Part shown: positions 1 to 12,815 of the stretch, piece by piece
Layout of the letters: the number at the start of each line of letters is the position of its first letter
Numbering within the stretch: the stretch's first letter is position 1
DNA from: Lama guanicoe
Lineage: Eukaryota
DNA length: 45,269 nucleotides
Direction of reading: 5' to 3'
Assembly (NCBI GenBank): GCA_013239625.1
Contig: MU054197.1
Location: 1 to 45,269, forward strand
Translations under genes and position numbers: made by a program
The notes under the pieces: generated by a model
What the model was told of the DNA's origin: nothing
The model's input: the letters and a program-made list of their open reading frames with translations, nothing else
Database searches by the model: none

Positions 1-1160
1 TGATCAAGAACATAAGGAGAACAGTCTTTCAGGTAAATGATAGCAATATTTATTTTTGATCTGTCTCCAAATAAAAAAAATTAAAATAAGCACTAATAAT
101 TTATCTTTACTGAGGAAAAATTAGATGTACTATATGATACAGGGATTCTACTTCTTCTATAATTGTGAAGTGCAAAACCTTTTGCAGAGCAAAGAAAACC
201 TTCTACAAGACATATGACAACACACAGAATAGAAGGAAAAATTTCAGACCGTAAGACCAACAAGGTGTTAATATCCATAATATATATGTAGCAAATTAGA
301 GTCAATATTTTAAAACACAGGCCCCAACTTAAAAACATTTGAAGGATCTTCATGGAAAGTTTTCAAAAACAGACATGTGGATGATTTTCATTCACATAAA
401 TAGAAACATAACTTTGCTATTCTTTAGGAAATCATAAATCAAAACCAGAATGAAATATAATCTCACAGCAACCAAAATGGCTATTAAGAAGGTTTCAAGT
501 GACAACAATTAATAAGAATGTCGATAAAAGGGAACCCAGGTACACTGTTGGTGGAAATATAAATTGATGTATCCACTAGTATAAAAGTGTAAACAGTGCA
601 CAGAAAACTAGAAATAGAAGCATTATATGTTGAAACAATTCCAGCTTTTTATATAAATCTGTAAAAACATGAAAACATTAAATTTAAAGGATATATTACC
701 CCCAATGTTCTTAACATCATCATTTATAATAGCCAAGGATAGATGCACAACTCAACTGCCCTTTAACAGATGGTTGGCTGAAGTACATGTGAAATATAGA
801 TAACAAAATAAATTCTTAGTCATTGCCATAACAAAAAATAAAATTCTTCCATTTGGAACCATGTGACTGGACCCAGAGTGTGTTGTACATATGAAAATAA
901 GTCAAAATGAGTTAAACACTCTTAGTTATCACTTCCATGAAGAAACTAAAGATAAGAGAAGTAATCATAAATAAACAGGAACAGAATCACATATATATGT
1001 GTAGTGTACCAAGTAGTGGTTTCCTATGGGGACAGTCAAGAGGATGAGGAAGACAGAAATATGCAAGCTACTAGTTATAAATTAGAGAAGCAACTAGGCT
1101 ATATTTACAACAAAGAGAAATATTTTAATAATTTAAATTATTTTAAAGAGATTATAAGCA
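1..1160 (+). mobile_element. Old LINE-1 fragment: ORF2 C-terminus and 3' UTR (L1M-type), decayed
   Basis: Typical L1 3' motifs: aaatcaaaaccagaatgaaatataatctcac, gggaacccaggtacactgttggtggaaatataaattg, ttccatttggaaccatgtgactggacccagag. End coordinate approximate. Confidence 0.85.
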
Positions 1161-1329
1161 TATGTTATAGTAAAATGTGCATCTATTTGGGAATAACTTT
1201 GAAGAAATGAACCCAGGAAAATCAAAATATTTTGTAGTACTATGACTTTAAAGGTGGTGATTTGTTCAATTTCTTTATTGTTCTTATAATGTCCTTATTA
1301 GAATTTAAGCTTTTAAATGAAAAATTATA

Positions 1330-3400
1330 TATGTTGAAAAAAGTAACATAAGTTTAAACTATTTATGTCTCTCCACTTAAATCTACAGTCAGTAAAACGT
1401 TCACATCTCAACAAAAATAACTACAACACAAAACAATATTCCAGAATGCATACGTACAGCTGAAGTTTGGTGCACTGAAACAAATAAAGAAGGCTCAACT
1501 GAGGGAAGAGCAGATTTGGTGCCTGCAACCAAGCCCCACTGACTAGGGCACCTGAGCTCACAGGCTCAGAGAACCCAATAGAAACATGGTCTCAGTGGTT
1601 GACACATGTTCAGCCTCCAACTGCACCAGTACTCATGGTCACAGGTAACTAGGAGGGAGCCACAATGGAGACAGAAATTCCATCCTTCAGACACTCAGAC
1701 ATTCATGACACTGTCTTAACTCCCCATTCACAATGGTGGAGACAAGTTACCTTGCAAAACTGGACATGGAAAAGGCACTTGCCTGATTCCAACTACCCAC
1801 CTGTCTTTACACCATACCTCAATGTGTACACAGTGTCTCTGTGATATCAGATAAAAGGAAGGGTTCACCATACCAGTGACAACAGTGACATTAACTAAAA
1901 GAGAAGTCTAAGAAGTGACAATAAAAGCACATATTTTATCCAGACAGTAGCGATTGGAAAGTGCCATTTTGAAATATTATCAGAGATAGCTCAATTAAGT
2001 AAAATGAAATATTGTACAATATTACAAACTATCAGAAAAAAAGCAAGGTCTCCAAAAAGCAAGGTCTCCAACTCCCAATCTGTTATTTAGTGTCATCAGA
2101 GCAATAATTTACCAAGACCATGACCAATCACAATAAAATTATAGGGCACACACACACAAAGTTACAAAGGAACAGACACCAAAACAGACACAGACACACA
2201 CAAACATGCACATGCTAACACACACACAATGCCAACCCTGCAGCAAACAAATTTAAAGTAACGGTATATTGCCATATAACTAATACAGTACCCAAATACT
2301 TGTCATACAGACTCAATACAAAAAACAAAACTCAGATAGCAGTTTAGTGAGCTTAGTAATAAATTAAATGCTGATAAGGAATGCATTACAAAGAGACTGA
2401 AACTATAAAATAACCAAACATTATTGGAGGACCAGATGAACTAGACAAGATGAACTAGTAAATGAGATGAAGAATGCAACAGAAAGCATTGGAAGTAGGC
2501 TGCCTTTGTGGAAGAGAGTTTAGAAAACTCACCAATAAAAAACTAGAAACAATAGAAGGGGGCAGAGATACAGGATATTTAAAAGTGAGGAAATTCTACA
2601 ATAGCCATCAGACTTCTTCAGGAAGTGCACTTTAGAGTGAAATCCTAGAAGGAGAAGAAAGTTAGAAGGTAGCTGCTGGTTTATTTAAAGAAGTAATAGT
2701 TGATAACTTCCTGAACCTGTGTAAGGAACTGATATATGAGTCCATGAGCCAACAAAACACCAATAACTTTAAGGCAAAGAGAACTCCTTCAAGATATGTC
2801 ATATGCAAATTGGCTAATCATTGACAGAGTAAAATTTTAAAGGCAGCCAAAATATGTTATGATAATCTACAAAGGATCACCCATTAGGCTTTCAGCAGAA
2901 TTCTCAGCAGAAAACATAGGCCAAGGGTAAATTTAATGGCATTTTCAAACTTCTGAATTAAGAATTCTCTCACCCAAGAATACTCAAACTAACACAGTTA
3001 TCACTTAGATATAAAGTGAAAATAAAGACTTTACCAGACAAACAAAACCTGAATAAGATGAAAAAAACAAAACTGATACACCTTACACGGGGTGCAGAAA
3101 AGAGATCTTCTAAGAAAAATAAAATGGCAAAAATATGCAAAACATTGAAAAAAATGCTAGGCAGAGACCACAAGAAATTTGCAACTGTTTCTTTAGGTAT
3201 GTTTTTAAATTCTACTATAATATATGGGTTAAAGAGAGAAAAATAGGAAATCAGGGGGAATAAATGTAGTTATATCCATCTGGTAACATATTCACAAGGA
3301 TAAAAGAAATAATTTGAGACAGTAATCATAAAAGGTAAAGAGTAAAATAAATCAATAATAAAGAAAGCTTCTATCAGAGAAAAAGGGCTAAATTTTGCAT
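1330..3400 (+). mobile_element. Old LINE-1 5' region and ORF1 remnant
   Basis: ORF1-like motifs at ~2340-3110: ttatttaaagaagtaatagttgataacttcctgaacctg, attttaaaggcagcc, cccattaggctttcagcagaattctcagcagaaa, and IKTLPDKQNL (cf. L1 ORF1 IKTFPDKQKL). Boundaries approximate. Confidence 0.75.
2147..2228. repeat. Interrupted (CA)n-rich simple repeat
   Basis: cacacacacacaaa...cagacacagacacacaca...cacacacacaa; paralogous tract at ~35681-35760. Confidence 0.7.
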
Positions 3401-3404
3401 GAGA

Positions 3405-6400
3405 TGTTTTATTTCTATTTGAAGTAGAGTAGACGTACTATATTGATTAATTTCAGATGTACAGCATAGTGATTCCAACCACTTTCTGGATTAAATTGCA
3501 TTATAAATTATTACAATACTTTTAACATTCAATTATTATAAGTTATTGTGTATAATTCCCTGATCTAAACAGATTATCCTTGTTGCTTCTCTCTTTTATG
3601 TATACAACATTATATCTCTCAATATCATACCATAAAATAGTCCTTCCCTTCCATTTTTGCTTCACTCTTCCCTATCAAATCTATCTCTCTACCATGTCTC
3701 TATCAAGCACTCAATCAATCAGTCAATCTGTCTATCTATCTATCTATCTAGCTATCTATCTATCCATCTATGTATCTCTCTATCATGTATCTATGTATCT
3801 ATCCTTCTATTTATCTGTCATCTATCAATAGATAGCTATAGATAGATGTACATAGATATTTGTTATTCTTTAGATTCCAAATATAAACAATATTATATAC
3901 TTTTGTCTTTGTCTAAGTTACTTCACTAAGCACAATATTTAACTAGGTCCTTATGCTGTAATAGCAATGTGTTATACATTTTCATGGCTGAGTAATATTC
4001 CATTGCATATTTATAAAAACATCAAATCTTCTTAAGTCCATTGCCTACTGTGGACTCTTGGATTGCTTCCCTGTCTTGCATATTATAAAGAGAGCTGTTG
4101 TGTACGTTGGTTCTTCTCAATTTAGGGTTTTGTTACCAGATTTTTCCTAGGAGAGATTTAATGTATCATATGGTAGTTCTATTTTAGGTTTTAAAGAATT
4201 CTGAATACTGTTTTCCAAGAAATTGTACCAATTTGCATTACTTCCAAGAGTATACAAGAGATTTCTTACATCCACATCGTCTCCAACACTTTCTATTTGT
4301 AGACTTTTTGATAATAGCCATTTGACCAGTGTGAAGTTATACCTCATTGTGGTTTTGATTTGCAATTACCTAATAATTAGTAATGTTGTGCATTTTTATC
4401 ACTTGCCTGTTACTCATCTGTATGTTTTCTTTGGAAAAATATTAACTGTTAGTCTGCTCTTGTTTTTGATTGGGTTTTTGCTTTTCACATTGAGTTGTGT
4501 AACCTAAATCCATGTGACATCTATTAATCTACATCTATTAACCCCTGGTCACTTGCATTGTTTGCAAATATGTTCTCCAATTATACAGGCAGCGTTTTCA
4601 TTTCATTGATTGTGTCCTTAGCTGTGCAGAAGTTTTCAAGTTTGTTTCAGTCCCACTTGCTTATTTTTGCTTTTATTTCTTTTGCCTTAGGAGACTGATA
4701 TAAGAAAATATTCCTATGATATATATCCAATACAGTATCACCTATATCCCCTTCTAGCAGTGTTATAGTATCAAGTCTTACATTTAGGTCCTTAATACAC
4801 TTGGAGTTTATTTTTGTATATGTCAGGGAATGCTCTCATTTCACTGTTTTACATGTAAATATCCTGCTTTTCCAACACCACCCATTGACGAGACTGTCTC
4901 TTTCCATTGTGTACTTTTCCTTCTTTTATCATAGATTCATTGCTCATAGGTGTGTGGAATTATTTCTAGGCTCTCTGTTTTTATTGATTATATCTCTGTG
5001 CCAATGCCATGCTCTTTTCATTACTGTAGGTTTGTAGTACAGTAAGGTATCTGGGAGGATTATACATCCAAATTTGTTTTTCCACAATTTCATTTTGTCA
5101 ATTTTTAATGGTTTCATGTAAAACTTAGAGTTTTTTTTTCTGCTTCTTTGGAAAATTCTACAGCTTCATAGAAGGAATTCCACTAAATCTGTAGGTTTCT
5201 TTGTGTAGTACGGACATGTTAACAATATGAACTCTTTCATTCGGAGAGCACAAGACATCTTTCCATTTCTTTGAATCATTTTTAATTTCTTTGTCAATGT
5301 TTTTTAATTTTCAGTGTGTAGATTTTTCACAAAAGTGGTTATATTTTTTCCAAGATATTCGAGGGGATGTGATTATAAATAGTATTGCTTTCAAAGTCCA
5401 TTTATGGTATCTCATGGTTAATGTGTAGAAATGCAAGAGACTTCTTTACATTAATCTTGTACCCTGCTCCTTTGCTGAAATAATTTATTATTCATAAGAG
5501 TCTGTGTGGAGCCCTTAGGACTCTATGTAGATTGTTATGTCCTCAGTACTGGTGACAATTTTGCCTCTTTCTTTCCATTTTGCATTTCTTTTACTTCTTT
5601 TTCTTTCCTTTTCTATTCTTGTATTACAATGGGGCAGAAGTGATGAGAGTAGGAATCCTTGTTTTGTTCCCGAATTTACCCGGAAGGCTTTCAGCTTTTC
5701 CCTCTGAGTAATATAAATTGTTTTTAATGGCCCTTACTTTGCTGAGAGATCTTCCCATTGTACTCATTTTCATGAGAGTTCTGGTCATGAATGTATGTTG
5801 AGTTTTGTCACATCCTTTTTCTGTGTGTATTGACATGGTCTTGTGAATTTGTCCTTCCTTTATTAGATATGTGTCATGCTGATTGAATTGTTTATGTTGA
5901 ACCATCCTTGTGTCTCTGGAAGGAATCCAACTAATCATCCTGTATAATCCTTTCTATGTATTGCTGGATTAATTTGTTGATGTTCTGTTGAGGATTTTTG
6001 AATGTATATTCATCAAGAATATTGGCTTTTCATTTTCATTTTTTTTCTTTTGATAGAGTCTTTGGTTATGTTATCAGGGTAATGGTGGCCTTATAGAATA
6101 ACTTTGGGAATTTTCATTCCTCGTTCATTTTTTGAAGTAGTTGGGGGGAAAGCAGAATTAATGAATGCATCCAGGCATTTTATACAAGGGTGTTTTTAAA
6201 AGTATACATTATATTTAACTTATAGTGATTGCTACTTTCAAGTTCTCTGTTTTCTCTTTCTTCAGTGTTGGTAGGCTGCACATATCTAGAAATGTGTCCT
6301 TTTTTAAGGTCGTCCTATTGGTTGTCACATTACCGCTCATAGTGCTTACATAATCTTTTTTTTTTGGATTTCAGTTATAGCAAATGTTATTTTTACTGTT

Positions 6401-6487
6401 TCATTTCTTATTTTGATTGGGTCCAATCTGTGTATTTCTTGATAAGCTTGGATAAATGCTTACCACTGTTAATATTTTTAAGAAAAT
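3405..6487 (-). mobile_element. LINE-1 fragment (3' UTR plus decayed ORF2 RT/C-terminal region), minus strand
   Basis: Begins with the reverse-complemented L1 tail (tttgaagtagagtagacgtactatattg...gtacagcatagtgattc). Minus ORFs 4147..4365 (MQIKTTMRYNFTLVKW...KIELPYD) and 5624..5938 are ORF2 remnants. Confidence 0.9.
3680..3860. repeat. Compound (TCTA)n/(TAGA)n microsatellite inside an L1 3' UTR
   Basis: tctatctatctatctatctagctatctatc... switching to atagatagctatagatagatg; paralog at ~37310-37445. Confidence 0.9.
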
Positions 6488-8097
6488 ATTATTATTTGGG
6501 GGAGGAGGCCAAGATGGTGGAGTAGAAGGATGCTCGTTACTCAGCCTTTCCCACAAATGCACCAAGTATCACATCCACAGACCCACTCATCTAACCAGAG
6601 TACCTGCAGAATTCTGGCAGAACATTGTCTTCTTCAATAGGTAAAGATGTAGAAAATCTGGTAGGAGAAAAGGAAGAAAGAAAGAACAAAAGCCAAAACA
6701 GAGTGGGACAGTTCCAACAGGGAGAGAGCTGTAAAGAAGGACTGGCACTCATTCACTGGGTCTCCCCTCTCCAACTGAGAGTTCGGCAGGTTGGAGGGTG
6801 AGCCTCCAGGGCTTGGATCTGTACAGAGTATGATTTGACTGACAGAACTAATTTAAACAGGCACAGACACCCAGCGCAAAATGCAGCTGAGAAGCTGGGG
6901 GCAATGCCATGCTGCATGAGCTGGGTTGTATATGGGGATGTCTGCACTGAGGCAGTCCTGGGGAATGGAGGGGGCTGTGTGCCATGGCTGTGGGTGCACA
7001 GGGCAGAACAACCTGGGCCCTCCATAAAACAACAGGGCGCCCTTTCCCTGTTGGGGAAAGGGTGTATACCCATATCTGAAAATCCACAAAATTTCTTGGT
7101 GAAGGGACCTGGGGCTCAGACACAGCCACTATACCCTCTGGTGCTTTGCACACAGGCAGCAGTGGGGGCAAAATCTTCATCTACGTCAAAGGACTTAGCA
7201 GCTTTAAGGGCCAGATGGAGCCTTCTCAACATCCTGAGGCAGATAGTATCCTTCTCTCCTGGTTCCTCAGAGAACTTGCTTCACCAAGACAAAAAAGGAG
7301 CTGGGTTTTGGGCCAGACCAGGGACAGGACTGTTCCTCAGTCTTCCCTGAGCCCACTTCTGGTGTGCAAACCTGAGTTGAACGTACAGTGGCACAGAGCA
7401 GCGGAGAGACTGGCACACAGATGGGGCATGTGGCCCCCCACCTTTTGGGCTGGAATGCAGCCCCATACCATGTTGCTGGGAGTGGGAGTGATGCCCATTC
7501 CTGCCAGTCAGTCTGCAACAGCTGATTGCAGTATCAGGCAGGGCAGTGACAAGCCAGACCAAAGTAAAGTGAGCTGCTCCAGATGCAGTGTTGGGGTTAG
7601 AACCATTCAGCTTGCCGACAGCCACTGGAAGCAGCACAGTTTAGGGCTCCAATGGAGGGCCTCTGAAAACAGGAAGATGAGCTTCCAAACCAGGATGAAT
7701 ACATAAAGAGTTCACATTAAATGTACACAGTCTCCAGGAGGACACAGATCACCCCATTGTTTTAATTTGTTTTTACATATTCCATTTTCTATTACCCTCT
7801 TAATTTTTATTTCTTAGGCAATTATAAATACCCCCATTTTTATCAGTTTGAAATATTTCAAAAATATTTTTATTATTATTATTTTTCAAATCTCTGCATC
7901 AACTTTCTCTTCTCTTATGCATTATACAATGTCTTCAAACATTTACTTTCCCTTTCTTTAAAACTTTTTGTCTCTCCCTCTCTTTTTTCTCTTTTCAAAG
8001 TTGTATTACAACATAGACATTAGGTAGATAAACACCTTTAGGACCACAGTAGATAAATGATACTCCAAAACCACAGTGCCAGAGATGTAGTAGCAAG

Positions 8098-8987
8098 ATG
8101 AAGAAGCAGAGAAACCATTCCCAATTAGAAGAACAAGAGAAAACCCCTGAAAGAAAGATCAGTGAAATAGACATCGATAGCCTACTAGAACAAGATTTCA
8201 AAAAAAGAGTGATCAAATTACCTAAGGAAATAAAAGATAGTGTTTAGAGATATAAAATATGTTTAAAATGAAATGGAAGCTAAAAAGAAGATCTGACTAG
8301 AATAGGTAAACTCATTGACTGAGATGAATAATGATTTAAATGTGTCGCAATGCTGACTAGATAAGGCAGAAGAATGAATTAGTGACTTAGATGACAGGAC
8401 AATAGTAAGCACCCAATAAGAATATCTATAAGAGAAACAATGAGAAACAAATGAAAAAGGCATAAGTGACCTATGGGATAATAGAAAACATGCCAATCTT
8501 GACATAATAGAATTTCCAGAAGGGGAGGAAAGATCAAAGTGGATTAGAAAGGTGTTTGAAGAAATCATGACTGAGAAATTCCCAAACTTAAAAATGGAAT
8601 CAGATATCTAAGTACAGGAAGCTCAGAGTGTCCCAAACAGGAAGAACACAAATGCTACCACACAAAGTCATATAATTAAGATTGTCAGAGTCAAAGATAA
8701 AGATATGATCCTAAAGGCAGCAAGAGAACAGCTAAGAGTGAGTTACAAGGGAATCCCCATAAGACTCCCAGCTGATATCAGTACACAAATACTACAGGAC
8801 AGAAGGTAGTTGCAAGATATATTCATAGTGCTGAATGAAAAAAATTAAATACCCTAGGATACATTTACCAGCAAGGCTATTAATCATGGTAGAAGTAGAC
8901 ATAAAGGATTTCACAGAAAAGAAAAAGCTACAAGAGTTTAGTAACACTAGACCCATGCTAAAAGAAATATTGATAGGTCTACTCTAA
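8098..8987 (+). pseudogene. L1 ORF1p, disrupted
   Basis: ATG 8098 reads MKKQRNHSQLEEQEKTPERKISEIDIDSLLEQDFKK. Later ORF1 motifs (gaagaaatcatgactgagaaattcccaaac, ctaaaggcagcaagag, tacaagggaatccccataagactcccagctgat) and terminal ctactcTAA at 8985-8987; internal stops and frameshifts. Confidence 0.85.
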
Positions 8988-9403
8988 AAAGGAAAGCAGC
9001 AGGATGCTACAGAAATATGAATCTCACAGCTTGAAATGTGGTAACTTATTAATTATAAGTAAAATAAACATAAAATTTTAAAAGAAGACATACAAATAAT
9101 TGAAAGTGTGAGAGGGAGGCAGGAAAATAGGGAACTTATTTATTTTTCTTTTGGCCTTTCCTTTTAAATATTTTGCTCTCAGTAGGATGGGTTTGAGATC
9201 TTGTTGCTATCTGTTTAATAAAAGCAGTTATAGTAATGGTCTAAAAGACATATATAAAAGGGTAACAACAGGGCAAAATCTTATCAGGGTGCCACTAAAC
9301 TAAATAAACTTCATTATAATACAAAGGAAAATGATCAAATCATAAAAGGATGATGAAACAAACAAAGAGGAAATACCAAATCAACTGAAAAGTTAAGGTC
9401 AAA

Positions 9404-12400
9404 ATGGCAATAAACACAAACATATCATCGATTATTGTAAGTGTTAATGGACTAAATGCTCCAGTCAGAGTCATTGAGTGGCAGGCTGGATAATAAAGCA
9501 AGAACCTTCAATATGCTGCATAAAAGAGACCCACTTCAGGGAGAAGGACACATATAGATTGAGAGTGAAAGGATGGAAAATGGTATTCCATACAAAATGA
9601 AAAGCAAAAAATTAGGTGTTGCAGTAATGATTTCAGACAAAATAGTCTTTAAAACAAAGGCCATAAAGAAAGATAAAGAAGGACATTTTATAATGATTGA
9701 AGGAGTGGTACAAAATGAGGATAGCACACTCATTAATACATATGCACCAAATAGAGGAGCACCTAAGTACATAAAATAATTACTAACAGATATAAAAGGG
9801 GATAATGATGGGAATCTAATCATAGTTGGAAATTACAACACTGCATTAACATCACTGGACAGATCATTGAGAAAGAAAATAAATTAGGCAACAAAGAAGT
9901 TAAATAATACAATCGAAATATTACACTTGGTGGATATATTCAGAGCATTGCACACCCCAAAAATAGTATATACATTCTTTTCAAGTTCACATGGGACATT
10001 TTCCAGGATTCATGATATATTTGGATGCAAAATAACCCTTAGCAATTTTAAGAGGATAGAAATTACTTCAAGCATTTTACTGACCACAATGCCATGAAGC
10101 TAGAAATAAACAACAGAGAAACAAAGGAGAAAAATAGGATAAATTGGAGATTAAACAATATGTCATTAAAAAACAAATTGGTCAATGAAGAAATCAAAGC
10201 TGAAATGAAAAAGTACCTTGAGACAAAAGAAAATGAAAGCAAAACCACACAAAGTTTATGGGACACAGCAAAAGCAGTGCTCAGAGGGGAGTTTATAGTG
10301 ATACAGGCCTTTCACAAAAAAGAAGAACTATCACAAGTAAACAATTGAACCCACCAGCAGAATGAACTAGAAAATGAAGAAGGAAAAACCCCAAAAGGCA
10401 GCAGAAGGAAAGAAATCATAAATATTGGGGAGGAAATAAATAAAATAAAGTTTAAAAATACAATGGGAAAAAATCAACTTTTCCAAAAGTTGGTTTTTGA
10501 AAAAGTAAGTAAAATCACAAACCTCTGGCAAAACTCAAAAAATAGAAAAGAGAGAGAGCACAATTAACAAAATAAGATAGGAGAATGGAGAAATTACAAC
10601 AAATAAAATTAGAAATACAGAATAACATATGAGAAAATTATGAAAAGTTTATGGAACCAAGCTGGATAACCTAGAGGAGATGGACAAGTTTCTGAAAACA
10701 TACTGTCCACCAAGACTGAATCAAGAAGAAACTGACCTCTTGATCAAGCATAGCACTACAAATGAAATCAAAATAGCAATATAAAACTTCCCTACAAATA
10801 GCACTCCTGGACAGGACAGCTTCAATGAGGAATTCTACCAAACATACAAAGAAGAACTCATACTAGTACTTCTCAATCTCTTCCAGAAGATTGAAAAGGA
10901 AGGAATACTCCCAAAGTGATTCTATGAAACCACAATCACACTGATACCACAACCAGGCAAAGACAATACCAACAAAGAGAATTATAGGTCAATATCACTG
11001 ATGAACACAGACGCCAAATTCCTCACCAAAAGGGTAGCAAATAGAACCCAACAACACAGATAAATGATAATATATCATGACCAAGTGGGGATCATGCCAG
11101 GGACACAGGGGTGTTTCAACATATGCAAATGAATCAATGTAATACAGCACATCAGAAAGAGAAAGGACCAAAACCACATGATCATCTCAATAGATGCAGG
11201 AAAAGCAATTGATAAAATTCAACACCGATGTATAATAAAAATTCTCAACAAAGTGGGCATAGAGGGAACATATCTCATCATCATGGAAGCTATAGATAGC
11301 AAACCTACAGCCAGCATAGTACTCAAAGGTGAGAAAGTTAAAAGCTCCCCTCTAAAATCTGGGACAAGACAAGGATGCACATAATCAACACTCCAAATCA
11401 ATATAATCTTGGAAGTCCTAGCCTAAGCAATCAAACAAGAGAGAGAAGTAAAAGTGATACAAATTGGAAAGGAAAAGTTAAAAGTCTCACTATATGCAGA
11501 AAATATGTTACTATATATAGAAAACCCTTCAAGATCCAGACAAAAATTACTATAGCTGATCAAACAATTCAGCAAGGTAGCAGGTTACAAGATTAAGGTT
11601 CAAAAATCAGTGGCATTTGTTTATGCTAATTATTCAAATAATACTATAGACCTACAGTCAACATGACAGCACTTTATTGGTAGAAAAACAGACATATATG
11701 CAAATGGAAGAGATTAGAGAGCACAGAAATGAACCCACAAACTTTTGGACAATAAAGTTTCAACAAAGGAGGCAAGAAAATACTATGGAATAGAGAGAGA
11801 CTCTTCAGCAAATGTTGAGAAAACTGGACAGCAGCATGTAAATCAATGAAGTTAGAACACTCCCAATGAGGCTAGAACACCACACACAAAAATAAACTCA
11901 GAATGGATCAAAGAATTAAACATAAGACAAGGTGCAATAAACCTCCTTGAGGAAAATACAGGCAAAATACTATCTGACATATGTCTCGAAAATTTTCCCA
12001 TAGAAGAAGTAAAAGCAACAATAAACAAATGAGACATAATGAAATTTACAAACTACTGCACAGTAACGAAAACAGAAGCAAAACAAAAAGACAACATACG
12101 GAATGGGAAAACAAATTTGCCTATGAAACTGACAAAGTCTTGATCTTCAGAGTATATAAGCAGTTCATCCAACTGAATAAGAAAAAATAAACATCTCAAT
12201 CTAAAAATGGGCAGAAAACCTAAACAAGTGATTCTCCAAGGAAGACATAGAAATGATTAAGGGCACATCAGAAAATGCTCAATATCACTGATTATCCGAG
12301 AAATGCAAATCAAAACTTCAGTGATGTATCACCTCACACCAGAGAGAATGGCCGTCATTCAAAAGACCACAAATGTCAAATGCTTGAGAGATTGTGGACA

Positions 12401-12815
12401 AAAGGGAAACATCTTTCACTGCCGGTGGCAATGCAGTTTGGTGCAGCCACTGTGGAAAACAGGATGGAGATTCCTAAAAAGCCAAGGAATGGACTTACCA
12501 TATGACCCAGGAATCCCACGCCTGGGCATAAATCCAGAAGGAACCCTAATTCAGGATGACACCTCCACCCCATTGTTCATAGCCAGCAATATTTACAATA
12601 GCCAAGAAATGTAAACAGCCTAAATGTCCATTGACAGTTGACTGGATAAAAAGTGGTGTTATATTTATACAATGGAATACTAGTCAGGCATATAAACCGA
12701 CAACATAACGAAATGTCATTTAACATGGATGCTTCTGGAGAAATTCAGTCTAAGTGAACTAAGCCAGAAAGAGAAAGAAAAATACCATATGAGATGGCTC
12801 ATCAGTGGAATCTAA
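9404..12815 (+). pseudogene. L1 ORF2p (endonuclease/reverse transcriptase), disrupted, with ~0.4 kb internal deletion near 11630
   Basis: ATG 9404 reads MAINTNISSIIVSVNGLNAP. EN fragments (KKDKEGHFIMIEG...NTYAPNRGAPKYIK*), RT fragment [16 protein letters not shown]...SGTRQGC, catalytic (F/Y)ADD mutated to YAEN (11493-11504), C-terminal fragment with CLRDCGQKGNIFHCRWQC. Confidence 0.92.

Larger units (their letters stand above)
1..10630 (+). repeat. Segmental duplication copy A (direct repeat of 33536-45269); start of ~33.5 kb tandem amplicon unit
   Basis: Position 1 (tgatcaagaac...atagcaatatttatttttgatct) aligns with 33536 (tgaccaagaac...atagcaatatttatttttgatct). The same order of L1 fragments, junctions and microsatellites continues to the window end (45269 corresponds to ~10630). 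Confidence 0.95.

Noticed and set aside
3580..3845. SIYL-rich ORFs
   Set aside because: Translations of the (TCTA)n microsatellite.
6753..7706. Cluster of long overlapping ORFs (up to 186 aa) as a novel gene or ORF0-like product
   Set aside because: They lie in the GC-rich L1 5' UTR where stops are rare, occur in many frames at once, have no recognisable domain, and are broken differently in the paralog (41400-42300).
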